Shown: positions 40,425 through 49,401 of the stretch, in pieces
How the letters are laid out: each line of letters starts with the position of its first letter
Numbering within the stretch: the stretch's first letter is position 1
NCBI GenBank assembly: GCA_050287785.1
Contig: JBNKCO010000083.1
Location: forward strand, 198,968-262,967
From: Bacteroidales bacterium
GTDB taxonomy: Bacteria > Bacteroidota > Bacteroidia > Bacteroidales > UBA10428
DNA: 64,000 bases
Reading direction: 5' to 3'
Translations under genes and position numbers: made by a program
Notes under the pieces: model-generated
Told to the model about the DNA's origin: nothing
The model's database searches: none
The model's input: the letters and a program-made list of their open reading frames with translations, nothing else

Positions 40425-41348
40425 ATGTCGGTACCAGACCTAACATATTTCAAGCTTTTAAAACAAAAAGTTGCAGAAACCTTCCGAATAACGGAATCTG
40501 GTGTTCCTGATTCTATTGAAAATTGGAAAGGAAATGATATTGTATTGTTTCAGGAAGATCTTGAAGTAAAGGTGAAAGGTAGAATTAGTGAAAAGTGGTT
40601 TTACACACATCTGAAATCTGATAGCAGTAAGTTGCCTAGAATTGACATGCTTGATATGTTAAGCAAATATGCCGGATATTCGGGATGGAACAATTTCAAA
40701 GTCAGTAGTAGCGAGAAAGTACCGAAAAACCTATCATCAAAAAGAAAGACTTTTAAACCAACCTTGTACATATCAGCTTTACTTGCAGCAACTATAATAT
40801 TTATTTCCTTCAAGATATTTACTCCAACAACCTATAACTTCTGTTTTGTTGATTCTGATTTAAAAGATCCAATATTAAATTCTTCAATTCAGATTATACT
40901 TCTCTACCCAGGAGAATCGCCAGTATATACCCAGACAGACGAATCGGGTTGTTTTCTTCTAAAAACCAATCGGACAGAAGTTAGTTTTGTAGTTAAAGCC
41001 CCTTATTTTAAAACAGATACCATTACACGCATATTAAACAAGAGATTCAAAAATGAGCATGTCCATTTAAACACTAACGACTATGCTGTTATGATTCATT
41101 TCTTTTCTACTTCGAATATAAAAGACTGGAAGAAAAGAAGAATGCAACTGGATAATATGATCGCCAACAATGCACAAATTTATCAGGTGTTTGAAAAAGA
41201 AAATACCGGAATGGAGATTTACAATAAACAAGAATTCATTAACAAACTTACAATGCCTGTAAACAGCCTGAAAAACATAGAAATAATTGAAACAATTTAC
41301 ACTGGTCAGAAAATCTCAACATTGAGGTTTTATCAGAAAACCAACTAG
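40425..41348 (+). CDS. Hypothetical single-pass membrane protein (cytoplasmic N-terminal domain, TM helix, beta-rich carboxypeptidase-regulatory-like external domain)
   Basis: TM segment (LYISALLAATIIFISFKIF). After it comes a FVDSDLKDPILNSSIQIIL...TDESGCFLL block resembling CarboxypepD_reg folds. No family recognised. Confidence 0.45.
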   Translation: MSVPDLTYFKLLKQKVAETFRITESGVPDSIENWKGNDIVLFQEDLEVKVKGRISEKWFYTHLKSDSSKLPRIDMLDMLSKYAGYSGWNNFKVSSSEKVPKNLSSKRKTFKPTLYISALLAATIIFISFKIFTPTTYNFCFVDSDLKDPILNSSIQIILLYPGESPVYTQTDESGCFLLKTNRTEVSFVVKAPYFKTDTITRILNKRFKNEHVHLNTNDYAVMIHFFSTSNIKDWKKRRMQLDNMIANNAQIYQVFEKENTGMEIYNKQEFINKLTMPVNSLKNIEIIETIYTGQKISTLRFYQKTN

Positions 41349-41355
41349 CTAAATA

Positions 41356-42045
41356 ATGAATAAACGGTTTAACATATCATATATTCTGATAGCAGTAATT
41401 TACCTGCTGATGAATTCGTGTTCATCAAACCCAAACTATTTAAACAAAAGTAGCGAAGAGGCACTAGAAATTCCAGCAACAGAGGAGCCTATTCTCGAAT
41501 CTCCAAATCAATTAGAATATGAATTTGAAAGAGACGAAGTTTCTCCGCTCGGTTTAGAAGCTTTCGAAAATAGAGCAATACAGAAAGTGAAAGATTTTGG
41601 AGATTACATCGCAATTATTTCTGATACATCAATTAACTCCGAATTCATTAATCAGGCTAAATTAATGCTACTTTCAATGTTTAAGGAAAATAGCCGCATA
41701 GTAATTATTTCCAATTCAAATAAGGATATAACAAACCAAATTAAGCTGAAAGACTTTATTGATATTGTTGAACAAAACCATTCAACCGCATATACTTTAA
41801 AGTTTGAAAACATAAGCATAAGCAATGCGCTTTCAGAAAGAGATAATAATAGTTATATCGGGCAGGTTAAATGCACATTAAAAACTTTCTCACAACTTTT
41901 AATAAACCAAATTCCGTTCCCATCGTCAAGTTATAAGGCTGAAATTAAAATAACTGTTAAGAAAATTCCTAAAGATTTTGGCAGTACAACCAGAGAAATC
42001 TGGGAAGTTCTTCTGGGTGATATCACATTAACAATGGTAAAATAA
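41356..42045 (+). CDS. Hypothetical lipoprotein
   Basis: Signal peptide plus lipobox (LLMNSC). Starts 7 nt after the preceding gene, so probably co-transcribed. No recognisable family. Confidence 0.45.
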   Translation: MNKRFNISYILIAVIYLLMNSCSSNPNYLNKSSEEALEIPATEEPILESPNQLEYEFERDEVSPLGLEAFENRAIQKVKDFGDYIAIISDTSINSEFINQAKLMLLSMFKENSRIVIISNSNKDITNQIKLKDFIDIVEQNHSTAYTLKFENISISNALSERDNNSYIGQVKCTLKTFSQLLINQIPFPSSSYKAEIKITVKKIPKDFGSTTREIWEVLLGDITLTMVK

Positions 42046-42297
42046 ACATACTGGATTTTTAAGGTAAATTGTCTTGAGAACAAAAACCAAACATATAGAA
42101 TTCCAAGTTGATGCATAATCGAATTTTCACATTAAAATATTTTAAATCAGAACCACGAATACCAGGTAATCTAAAAGCTTTATATTTGAGGCAATTAGCA
42201 AACTACTAATTAGGTATAACTGCAATGCAGATATGCAATAGTTGATAGTTGAGTTTATTTAAGAGTTAGGCTGCACTGAAAAAGACCCTTCAGTAAA

Positions 42298-42591
42298 GTG
42301 AGAATTATAGCCAATGCTTTAAACCAAATTCGGGATAACCTAAGAACTGATTTTAAGGGCACTAGTCTAGAACAGTCTATGGATAAAAGAAATGTTATCC
42401 AAACAGCTCATTCGACAATTTTCAGATTGAAAGAAAGAATAGAAAATAAAGAGAGTTTTTTGGATATAGTGGAAAAGTATAAAGATCACTATTTTGGCTC
42501 ATTTACAGTTAATTCATTGGTTTTGGTGTATAATGATTGGTATCAACGAAAAGAATTTGTAAAAGAATTATATCGATTTGAATTGGAATAA
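42298..42591 (+). CDS. Hypothetical small protein (GTG start); coding status uncertain
   Basis: 97-codon ORF in an otherwise non-coding 750-bp gap. No motif recognised. Confidence 0.25.
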   Translation: MRIIANALNQIRDNLRTDFKGTSLEQSMDKRNVIQTAHSTIFRLKERIENKESFLDIVEKYKDHYFGSFTVNSLVLVYNDWYQRKEFVKELYRFELE

Positions 42592-42758
42592 AAACGCTGC
42601 CAACAAAATGGGAAAAACATGGTGTAGAGGAGAATGGAAAAGGAATTTGGAAAGTGCTTTATAGAGATGTATATTTAGATTACTTTAACGAGAAAGATAT
42701 TAGAGATAAAGAAAAATCAATAAGACTAAGCACTAATTTAGTGTAAAGCATGTGACTA

Positions 42759-42766
42759 TATCTTTG
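42759..42766 (+). promoter_or_regulatory. Bacteroidota-type -7 promoter element (TAnnTTTG) for the beta-helix gene
   Basis: TATCTTTG is an exact match to the TAnnTTTG consensus, ending 39 nt upstream of the ATG at 42805. A TTTAG lies about 20 bp further upstream. Confidence 0.35.
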
Positions 42767-42804
42767 TAAATTATTTGCTATAACAAACCTAAAAATCAAA
42801 TAAA

Positions 42805-44853
42805 ATGAAAAAAAGTCCAACCACAAGAAGATTCAGTTTTATATTGATTATCCTACTATTTTTTATGGATATAAAAGCAAGCACTTATTACTTGTCTCTG
42901 GAAGGAGATGATAATGCTAACGGCAATAGCCCATCAACTGCCTGGGCCACCATTGAAAAAGTAAATAATTTTATCTTATCCCCTGGTGATTCTGTTTTGT
43001 TTAGGGCAGGTGATATATGGAGAGAGACCCTATTGATACAACAATCGGGAGAGAAGGACAATTGGATAGTTTACTCTCGTTATGGCTCAGGTAAAAATCC
43101 TGAAATTTATGGTTCTGATTTAGCAACTGACTGGATAGCAACCGGAACTCAAAATATTTGGGTGTGTAACACTTCTTTAGTTGATTACTCGACCTATGCA
43201 CAACCACCATTATGGTTATCTTATCCCGGTAGAATGTTTTTAATCCAAGATGATAGCGCATCATGGGCTAATTATTGCGATTATGAACCAGGATTTGCCA
43301 ATTTGGAAAAAGAATTTGATTATACTACAGATGTAAGTACTAATCTTCATTATTTATATTCTGAAACGGATCCTGATGAAGCATACGATGCAATAGAAGT
43401 AACACAGCGCACCTGGTGTGTTCGAATGCAGGATGGTGAACCTGAAAATTATATTGAAATAAATGGGATTAATATGAAATATGCCCGGGAAGAAGGCTTT
43501 TTTACAGGTTATCCCGCAGAAGGTGACCCTCATGACCTGGTCTTTAAAAATTGTTCTATCCAATACATAGGATTACCTGGAAGTGGCCATGCATATGGTT
43601 TGGGCGTATGGCATTCTAACTTGCTAATTGAAAATTGCCTCTTCTCAGATGCCGGTCGAAGGGCAATCTCATATAATTTTTATGATGTTGGATTACTTGT
43701 CGGACAAGAAAGAAAAAGAAACAATATTATTGTTAGAAATAATATTTTTAAAAGGGGATGGCATACCACTTCACTTGATTTATCTTGTTCAGACGCTGAT
43801 GGAGATACTGTAACCGATGTTTTTTTCTATAATAACATTATTGATGATTCTGAATTAATCGATTCTGTTGATAAGGTTACATCAAGTACACCCTCACGGA
43901 CATCACAACAATTTTACCTAAACACTTATGGAAATGATAATATTAATAGGGTATATGTATATAATAATTTATTCATCCATTCAACTGCAAGAGCAATAAA
44001 TATTTTTAACGATGATACTGTTCATATATGGAACAACACCATTGTTGGACATAACCAGACACTACTTTATAAAAACCCTGATGGCAGTATTAGTAGTGGT
44101 GAGGGAGACCAAATGAAACTTGATATCAGAAATAATATTATCCATGACAACCTGCCAGACAACGACTATTGGAACGCGGCCATTCATACCTACATGTGGA
44201 ATGTGGATTACTACGAGAGAGATTATAACCTTTATTCATGTTTGTTTCCGGAAAATGAAAACCGATTAATAGCAAGCTTGTATAATGGAACAAATCAGGA
44301 GTATTATTTATATAGTGAATGGGACGCATATAAAACCCAAACAGCATATGATCTACACTCACCTGATCCAGATTATGCCGGATTTACTAATGAGTCAGAA
44401 TTTAATTTTCACATAACAGAACAGTCGCCAACCAGAAATGCAGGAACACCCGTTTTTGCTATTCTAACGGATCCTTTTGGAATAAAAGACACGTTGGGTT
44501 TATATGATTTTGAGGGTGTTGTTAGATCGGATACTTCACCTTCAATTGGGGCTTATGAATTTTCAGAAGTTCTGCCTTCATCTTTAAATTCTAAAGAAAC
44601 TACTAATGCTAATTTTGTAATTTATCCAAATCCATCAAGTAACCAAATAACAATACAACCACCTGTTGGATTTAGCAATTTATATTCTGTTCAAATATTT
44701 GACCTTCAGGGCCGAAAAATATATGTTAGTGATAATATTGAACATTTTAAGCATATAATCAATTTGGATAAATACCCAGATGGTTTATATTCTGTAAACA
44801 TAATTTCTGATAATAAAAAAATAATGACAAATAAACTTATTATTAAGCAATGA
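42805..44853 (+). CDS. Right-handed parallel beta-helix repeat protein with a T9SS C-terminal sorting domain (secreted; unknown carbohydrate-active or adhesin function)
   Basis: Signal peptide. YYLSLEGDDNANGNSPSTAWATIEKVN opening typical of pectate-lyase-fold proteins. Repeated N-N-I/hydrophobic beta-helix rungs. C-terminal FVIYPNPSSNQITIQ...GLYSVNIISDNKKIMTNKLIIKQ (T9SS CTD). Confidence 0.75.
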   Translation: MKKSPTTRRFSFILIILLFFMDIKASTYYLSLEGDDNANGNSPSTAWATIEKVNNFILSPGDSVLFRAGDIWRETLLIQQSGEKDNWIVYSRYGSGKNPEIYGSDLATDWIATGTQNIWVCNTSLVDYSTYAQPPLWLSYPGRMFLIQDDSASWANYCDYEPGFANLEKEFDYTTDVSTNLHYLYSETDPDEAYDAIEVTQRTWCVRMQDGEPENYIEINGINMKYAREEGFFTGYPAEGDPHDLVFKNCSIQYIGLPGSGHAYGLGVWHSNLLIENCLFSDAGRRAISYNFYDVGLLVGQERKRNNIIVRNNIFKRGWHTTSLDLSCSDADGDTVTDVFFYNNIIDDSELIDSVDKVTSSTPSRTSQQFYLNTYGNDNINRVYVYNNLFIHSTARAINIFNDDTVHIWNNTIVGHNQTLLYKNPDGSISSGEGDQMKLDIRNNIIHDNLPDNDYWNAAIHTYMWNVDYYERDYNLYSCLFPENENRLIASLYNGTNQEYYLYSEWDAYKTQTAYDLHSPDPDYAGFTNESEFNFHITEQSPTRNAGTPVFAILTDPFGIKDTLGLYDFEGVVRSDTSPSIGAYEFSEVLPSSLNSKETTNANFVIYPNPSSNQITIQPPVGFSNLYSVQIFDLQGRKIYVSDNIEHFKHIINLDKYPDGLYSVNIISDNKKIMTNKLIIKQ

Positions 44854-44875
44854 TATTTTAACTGTTACATTTAAC

Positions 44876-45014
44876 AAAAAAACATAGGTCATATTTAGCT
44901 ATGTTACTCCTTATTAGTCGTGAGGTACTGCGTTCGGTGCGCTGAAATCGTCCTGCTGTCCTCGATTGACGGATAGTACTATCCCAATGGCTATTGGGAT
45001 TGAGCGCGTTTGCA
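44876..45014 (-). ncRNA. Candidate structured small RNA (unclassified)
   Basis: The minus strand shows a near-consensus -7 box (TATGTTTT, + coordinates 45021-45028). Then come an 8-bp hairpin (AUCCCAAU-AGCC-AUUGGGAU), nested GUACU/AGUAC and AAUCG/CGAUU stems, and a terminal hairpin (ACAUAG-N11-CUAUGU) followed by U7. No coding frame survives in any of the three + frames checked. Confidence 0.25.
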
Positions 45015-45056
45015 TTTAATAAAACATATAGCGATTTGGATAGGTTGGTGCAATAA

Positions 45057-45413
45057 AAGACTAAAAAAGTCATCGATTTATTCTGTGACTGTAAACATGC
45101 AACACTACTTAAAAAGCATGATCTAATTAATCCATTGCTTGATAAAAAAAGCAAGCAACTTTTCGGTGGAGAAAATCGCATATTAGGGATATTATTGATT
45201 GCTTACTCCGATTCAAAGCACATATTAATAGATGTACCATTTAATGGGGTTGCTCTTGTTTATAAAGAGAAAATTAAAAAACAGAGCAGACATAAAGGAT
45301 TTATAATTACATACCATGATTATAGAAACATACTTGACATAGCAACGCGAAAAGTTGTTTTACATAATGGCGGAACTAAAGAAATTCAAGATAAAAACGA
45401 ACTTAAATATTGA
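45057..45413 (+). pseudogene. ABC-transporter ATP-binding protein, C-terminal remnant (Walker A half missing)
   Basis: The translation contains a signature-like QLFGGENR (cf. LSGGE/Q), a Walker-B-like ILIDVPFNGVA (Asp-Val instead of Asp-Glu), an H-loop-like ITYHDY and VLHNGG.KEI. The in-frame reading is closed by a stop at 45054. No Walker A (GxxGxGKS/T) appears in any upstream + frame. Confidence 0.5.
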
Positions 45414-45669
45414 GGGGTTATAGCTGAATTTACCTGAAAGACACTCATTTACAAGTAGATAGTCGATAAGCATTTAGCTTATTAAAAAACAGAAAATAGA
45501 GCTAGTTTATATATTCCCATCCATCATATCTTTTATTTAGTAAATTCGTATCTTGTCTACTATTCTAATTATTGAAAGGAATAAACATTATTTCGGGTTG
45601 AGTGGAAAGAGCCACCCAGCCAATCACTATTTCTACAATTTTTAGTTAACTACTTAAAAAAAACCTAAA

Positions 45670-46911
45670 ATGAAACAATTATTTTTCTCTACACTTTTCC
45701 TTTTCTTTTATGCCACCGTTTTAACAGCACAACATTCAACAACCATTTTAGAAGAGGATATTAAAGCTGATACTAAAGATATGAATCCAATTATTGAGGC
45801 AAACAATAGATTTGCATTTGACCTTTATTCAAAATACAAAACTGAAGATGGAAATATTTTCATGTCGCCTTACAGCATATTCACTGCTTTATCAATGACT
45901 TACGAAGGCGCAAAAGGTCAGACTGCTAAAGAAATGGAAGAAACGCTACACCTACCTGAAAATACTAAACTAAGAAGAGAATCATTCCGTCAAATACATA
46001 ATGAAATTAATAAGGATGATAAAGAATATAAACTTTCAACTGCAAATGCTTTATGGGCACAGCAATCTTATCAATTTAACAAAAACTATTTTAATCTTAT
46101 AGAAACTTATTATGAAGGGAAAGCTACAAGTCTTGATTTTATTGGAGATACAGAAGGTTCACGCTTAACAATTAATAAGTGGGTAGAAGAAAAAACAAAT
46201 GACAAAATCAAAGATTTAATTCCTTCAGGAGCTCTAACATCTGCTATAAAATTAGTCTTGACAAATGCAATTTATTTTAAAGGCGAATGGGTAAAGCAAT
46301 TCAATAAAGAGTATACAAAAGAACAGAATTTTAGAATTACTCCTAATAACACTGTTCAGATTCCAATGATGCAGCGTACCGATGATAAATCAATATTCAA
46401 TTATTCTGAAGCCAGCAATTTTCAGATGCTTGAATTACCTTACTCGGGTAATGATCTATCAATGTTGATTATTCTTCCAAAAGATAATTTAGAGAGCATA
46501 GAAAATTCTTTAACCCTTGAAAACCTATTAAAATGGAAAGAAGGTCTTTCCAAACAGAAAGTTAATGTCTACATTCCAAAATTAAAGTTTGAAACAAAAT
46601 ATTTTATGCAGAAACCTCTTAGTGAAATGGGTTTGCCAACAGCATTTTCAGATCTTGCCAACTTCACTGGAATGGTTGATACTCCAAAAGCAAATTTAAA
46701 GATAAGCAAAGTGATACATCAAGCATTTATTGAATTGAATGAAGAAGGTACAGAAGCAGCTGCTGCAACTGCTGTTATAATGACCAGAACGGCCACAGCT
46801 TATTCACCTCCCAAACCAACCTTTAGAGCAGATCATCCATTTATTTTTATAATTCAACAAAAAAACACTGGAAATATTCTGTTTATCGGAAGAGTTTATG
46901 ACCCAAGCTAA
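45670..46911 (+). CDS. Secreted serpin (serine protease inhibitor, inhibitory-type hinge)
   Basis: Signal peptide. Serpin motifs: SPYSIFTALSMTYEGAKGQTA, NAIYFKGEWVKQF, hinge EEGTEAAAATAV, and C-terminal FRADHPFIFIIQQKNTGNILFIGRVYDP. Confidence 0.9.
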   Translation: MKQLFFSTLFLFFYATVLTAQHSTTILEEDIKADTKDMNPIIEANNRFAFDLYSKYKTEDGNIFMSPYSIFTALSMTYEGAKGQTAKEMEETLHLPENTKLRRESFRQIHNEINKDDKEYKLSTANALWAQQSYQFNKNYFNLIETYYEGKATSLDFIGDTEGSRLTINKWVEEKTNDKIKDLIPSGALTSAIKLVLTNAIYFKGEWVKQFNKEYTKEQNFRITPNNTVQIPMMQRTDDKSIFNYSEASNFQMLELPYSGNDLSMLIILPKDNLESIENSLTLENLLKWKEGLSKQKVNVYIPKLKFETKYFMQKPLSEMGLPTAFSDLANFTGMVDTPKANLKISKVIHQAFIELNEEGTEAAAATAVIMTRTATAYSPPKPTFRADHPFIFIIQQKNTGNILFIGRVYDPS

Positions 46912-47251
46912 TTTTTTAAATCTACCTCACAAATATTTGCAAATCCAATGTTCTTAAAAAATAATCCACATTAAACATCTTACTCTTACACAACTAAGGG
47001 TTAGATACTTTATACATCTAAGTTTACCTACCTAATATATTTAAGTCGTTATTTGTAAACATAAACGCTCCCAGGGTCATTTTAACTTATTGAATACAAC
47101 GGCATTAACTTGACTTACTTTACTTAATTGACTATCTTTAATATAATATAGATAAGCTATTGAAATATTATGCTATAAAATATTTGTATTAAACCTCAAA
47201 TATGCATTAAACAAGCATATTTGACTCTAAGAGGCGACGAAAAGTACTGTT

Positions 47252-47338
47252 ACCATGACTTCGGGGTATAACCCTGACAAAGGAGATCACCAAACAGGTA
47301 TTATTAATACTGTTGTAACTCTCTGATTTTCTCTCGCC
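47252..47338 (-). repeat. Left copy of an inverted repeat pair bracketing the signalling island
   Basis: About 80 percent identity over about 80 nt, aligned by eye, to the reverse complement of 58714-58818, with a 19-nt indel. Shared 20-mer CAAACAGGTATTATTAATAC. Contains the near-palindrome GGTATTATTAATAC (47297-47310). Ends in a conserved ACCATGG-like ATG on the minus strand, followed by only 9 codons. Confidence 0.6.
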
Positions 47339-47643
47339 AAATTAGATTTCAATGTTACAAGTAAAAATACGGTATCAAAAAGCATATAATGATACATACT
47401 CATTCCCAAAATAATGGAAGAAACCATGCCTCAGAAATTAATTTTAAGACTGGATATTATTTAGTCCATAACTGTTAATGCAATGGCAATAAAAAATCTC
47501 AAAAATATTATTACCGTATGTGAAATAGATGCAACTGGCGTAACGATGCAAGCTCAATTAGCCGATGGCGATAAGAATGAGCTTAATTTTAATAATAAAC
47601 TGAGCCTATAATTCCATCATATTATTGTGTAATATCTGAAAAA

Positions 47644-49401
47644 ATGAAAAATACTGATTTAACCAAAGAGCAACTCCTAGAACAAATAACAGCCCAGCAA
47701 AATAGAATATTTAATCTTGAAAAAACATTGTCAGCTAAAAGCCAGGCTGAAATTGCTTTAGAAACATCCCAAAATAACCTGTCTGCCATTTTAGAGAACC
47801 ATGCCGATGGTATTGTTATTGTAAACACTGAGGGCATTGTTCTCTATGTAAATCCAGCCGCCGAGAAACTTTTCAGTAGAAATAAAGCCGATTTTATTGG
47901 CTCCCCGTTTGGCTTTCCCATTTCAACAGAACAAGCAACAAATAACCTTACTATTAAAAATGGAAACTCGTTTATTGAGGTTGAATTGCGCTCAGTTCAG
48001 GTTGTTTGGCATATGGAGCCAGCCTATCAGTTATCAATAAGAGATATCACCGATCACAAGCAGGCAGAGAAAAAAATGCAGGTTTTATCAACAGATCTAC
48101 AGTTGATATTCAAGAACATGATTAATGCATTTGTTGTTTGGGAATCGGTTTTTGATAAAAATGGAAAGTATGTCAGTTTTTGCTTCGGCCAATTTAACGA
48201 TTCTTATGCTCAGATATCTGGTTTAAAACAGGAAGATGTACTAGGCAAAGATGTATTCGAAGTATGGCCCACCACAGAACAGAGCTGGGTTAAAACTTAT
48301 GGTGAAGTTGCTGTGACAGGAATCCCAAAAACCTTTGATATGTTTCATGAGCCAACCAATGGTTGGTACCACTGCAATGCCTACCGCCCCTCTGACTCTA
48401 CAGAACAGATTTGTGTAATCTTTGAAGATATTACCAAACGTAGGGAAACAGAAGAAAAACTTAAAAGAAATATTAAATCTCTACAACAGGCCGAAGTTTT
48501 GGCTCATTTGGGAAATTTTGAAAAAAACTGGCAGACTGGTGAAGAATACTGGTCAAAAGGTTTTTATAAATTATTGGGCATCGATGAGAAATCAGAAGCC
48601 TTATCTCATAAAGATTTCACAAATTTTGTATACCTTAAAGATCTTGAACGGGTAAATATGCACATCCGAAAATCATTAATCGAACACAAACCAATGAATA
48701 TCGAATTCAGATTGGTTAAGGCTAATGGTTCCATAGTTCATATACATGGAATAGCTGATAATGATTATGATAAAGATGACAAGCCATTATTAACGATTGG
48801 AGTATTTCGGGATATTACAAATCAAATTATATCTCAAAAAGATTTAGTTGAAAGCGAAGAAAAATTTAGAACACTAATTAAATCTATACCTTTACCCTTA
48901 TGCCTTGTTAATACTGCGGACGAAATTGTATTTACAAACGACCGCTTCATAAAAATATTTGGTTATACACAGGAAGATATTCCCACACTTAATGATTGGT
49001 GGTTGAAAGCATATCCTGAGAAAAAATATCATGATTGGGTTTTAAATACCTGGAATAGAGCCATTGAAGATGCCAGAACAAACAAGGAAGATATTGAATC
49101 TATTGAATACACTGTTACGTGTAAGAACGGACAAACAAGAACTATCATTGTATCAGGAATTATCTTACGGGATGGATTTCTGGCTACTTTTTCTGATATA
49201 ACTGAGAGGAAGTTGGCAGAGATAGAAATTAAAAACCTCAATAAAGATCTTGAGCAGCGAGTTAAAAATCGAACCACTGAATTAGAAGCGGCCAACAAAG
49301 AACTAGAAAAGTTTAACGACCTTTTTGTTGGACGTGAATTCAGAATTAAAGAACTAAAAGAAAAAGTGAAATACCTCGAGCAACAAATTAATTCCAAATG
49401 A
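47644..49401 (+). CDS. Multi-PAS/PAC sensor protein with a C-terminal coiled coil and no recognisable output domain
   Basis: About four PAS/PAC units, each ending in the D-I-T-x-(R/H)-K linker (DITDHKQAEK, DITKRRETEE, DITNQ, DITERKLAE). The C-terminus is coiled coil only. The stop overlaps the next start (ATGA at 49398-49401). Confidence 0.8.
   Translation: MKNTDLTKEQLLEQITAQQNRIFNLEKTLSAKSQAEIALETSQNNLSAILENHADGIVIVNTEGIVLYVNPAAEKLFSRNKADFIGSPFGFPISTEQATNNLTIKNGNSFIEVELRSVQVVWHMEPAYQLSIRDITDHKQAEKKMQVLSTDLQLIFKNMINAFVVWESVFDKNGKYVSFCFGQFNDSYAQISGLKQEDVLGKDVFEVWPTTEQSWVKTYGEVAVTGIPKTFDMFHEPTNGWYHCNAYRPSDSTEQICVIFEDITKRRETEEKLKRNIKSLQQAEVLAHLGNFEKNWQTGEEYWSKGFYKLLGIDEKSEALSHKDFTNFVYLKDLERVNMHIRKSLIEHKPMNIEFRLVKANGSIVHIHGIADNDYDKDDKPLLTIGVFRDITNQIISQKDLVESEEKFRTLIKSIPLPLCLVNTADEIVFTNDRFIKIFGYTQEDIPTLNDWWLKAYPEKKYHDWVLNTWNRAIEDARTNKEDIESIEYTVTCKNGQTRTIIVSGIILRDGFLATFSDITERKLAEIEIKNLNKDLEQRVKNRTTELEAANKELEKFNDLFVGREFRIKELKEKVKYLEQQINSK

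Noticed and set aside
44858-45181. 107-aa minus-strand ORF.
   Set aside because: It overlaps the ABC-ATPase remnant on the other strand and the hairpin-rich stretch. Its translation is Ser/Cys/Leu-rich with no motif. It is more likely non-coding.
47483-47611. 42-codon ORF (MAIKNLKNIITVCEIDATGVTMQAQLADGDKNELNFNNKLSL) just upstream of the PAS gene.
   Set aside because: Too short to support from sequence alone, and no motif was seen. It could be a leader peptide, but there is no evidence.
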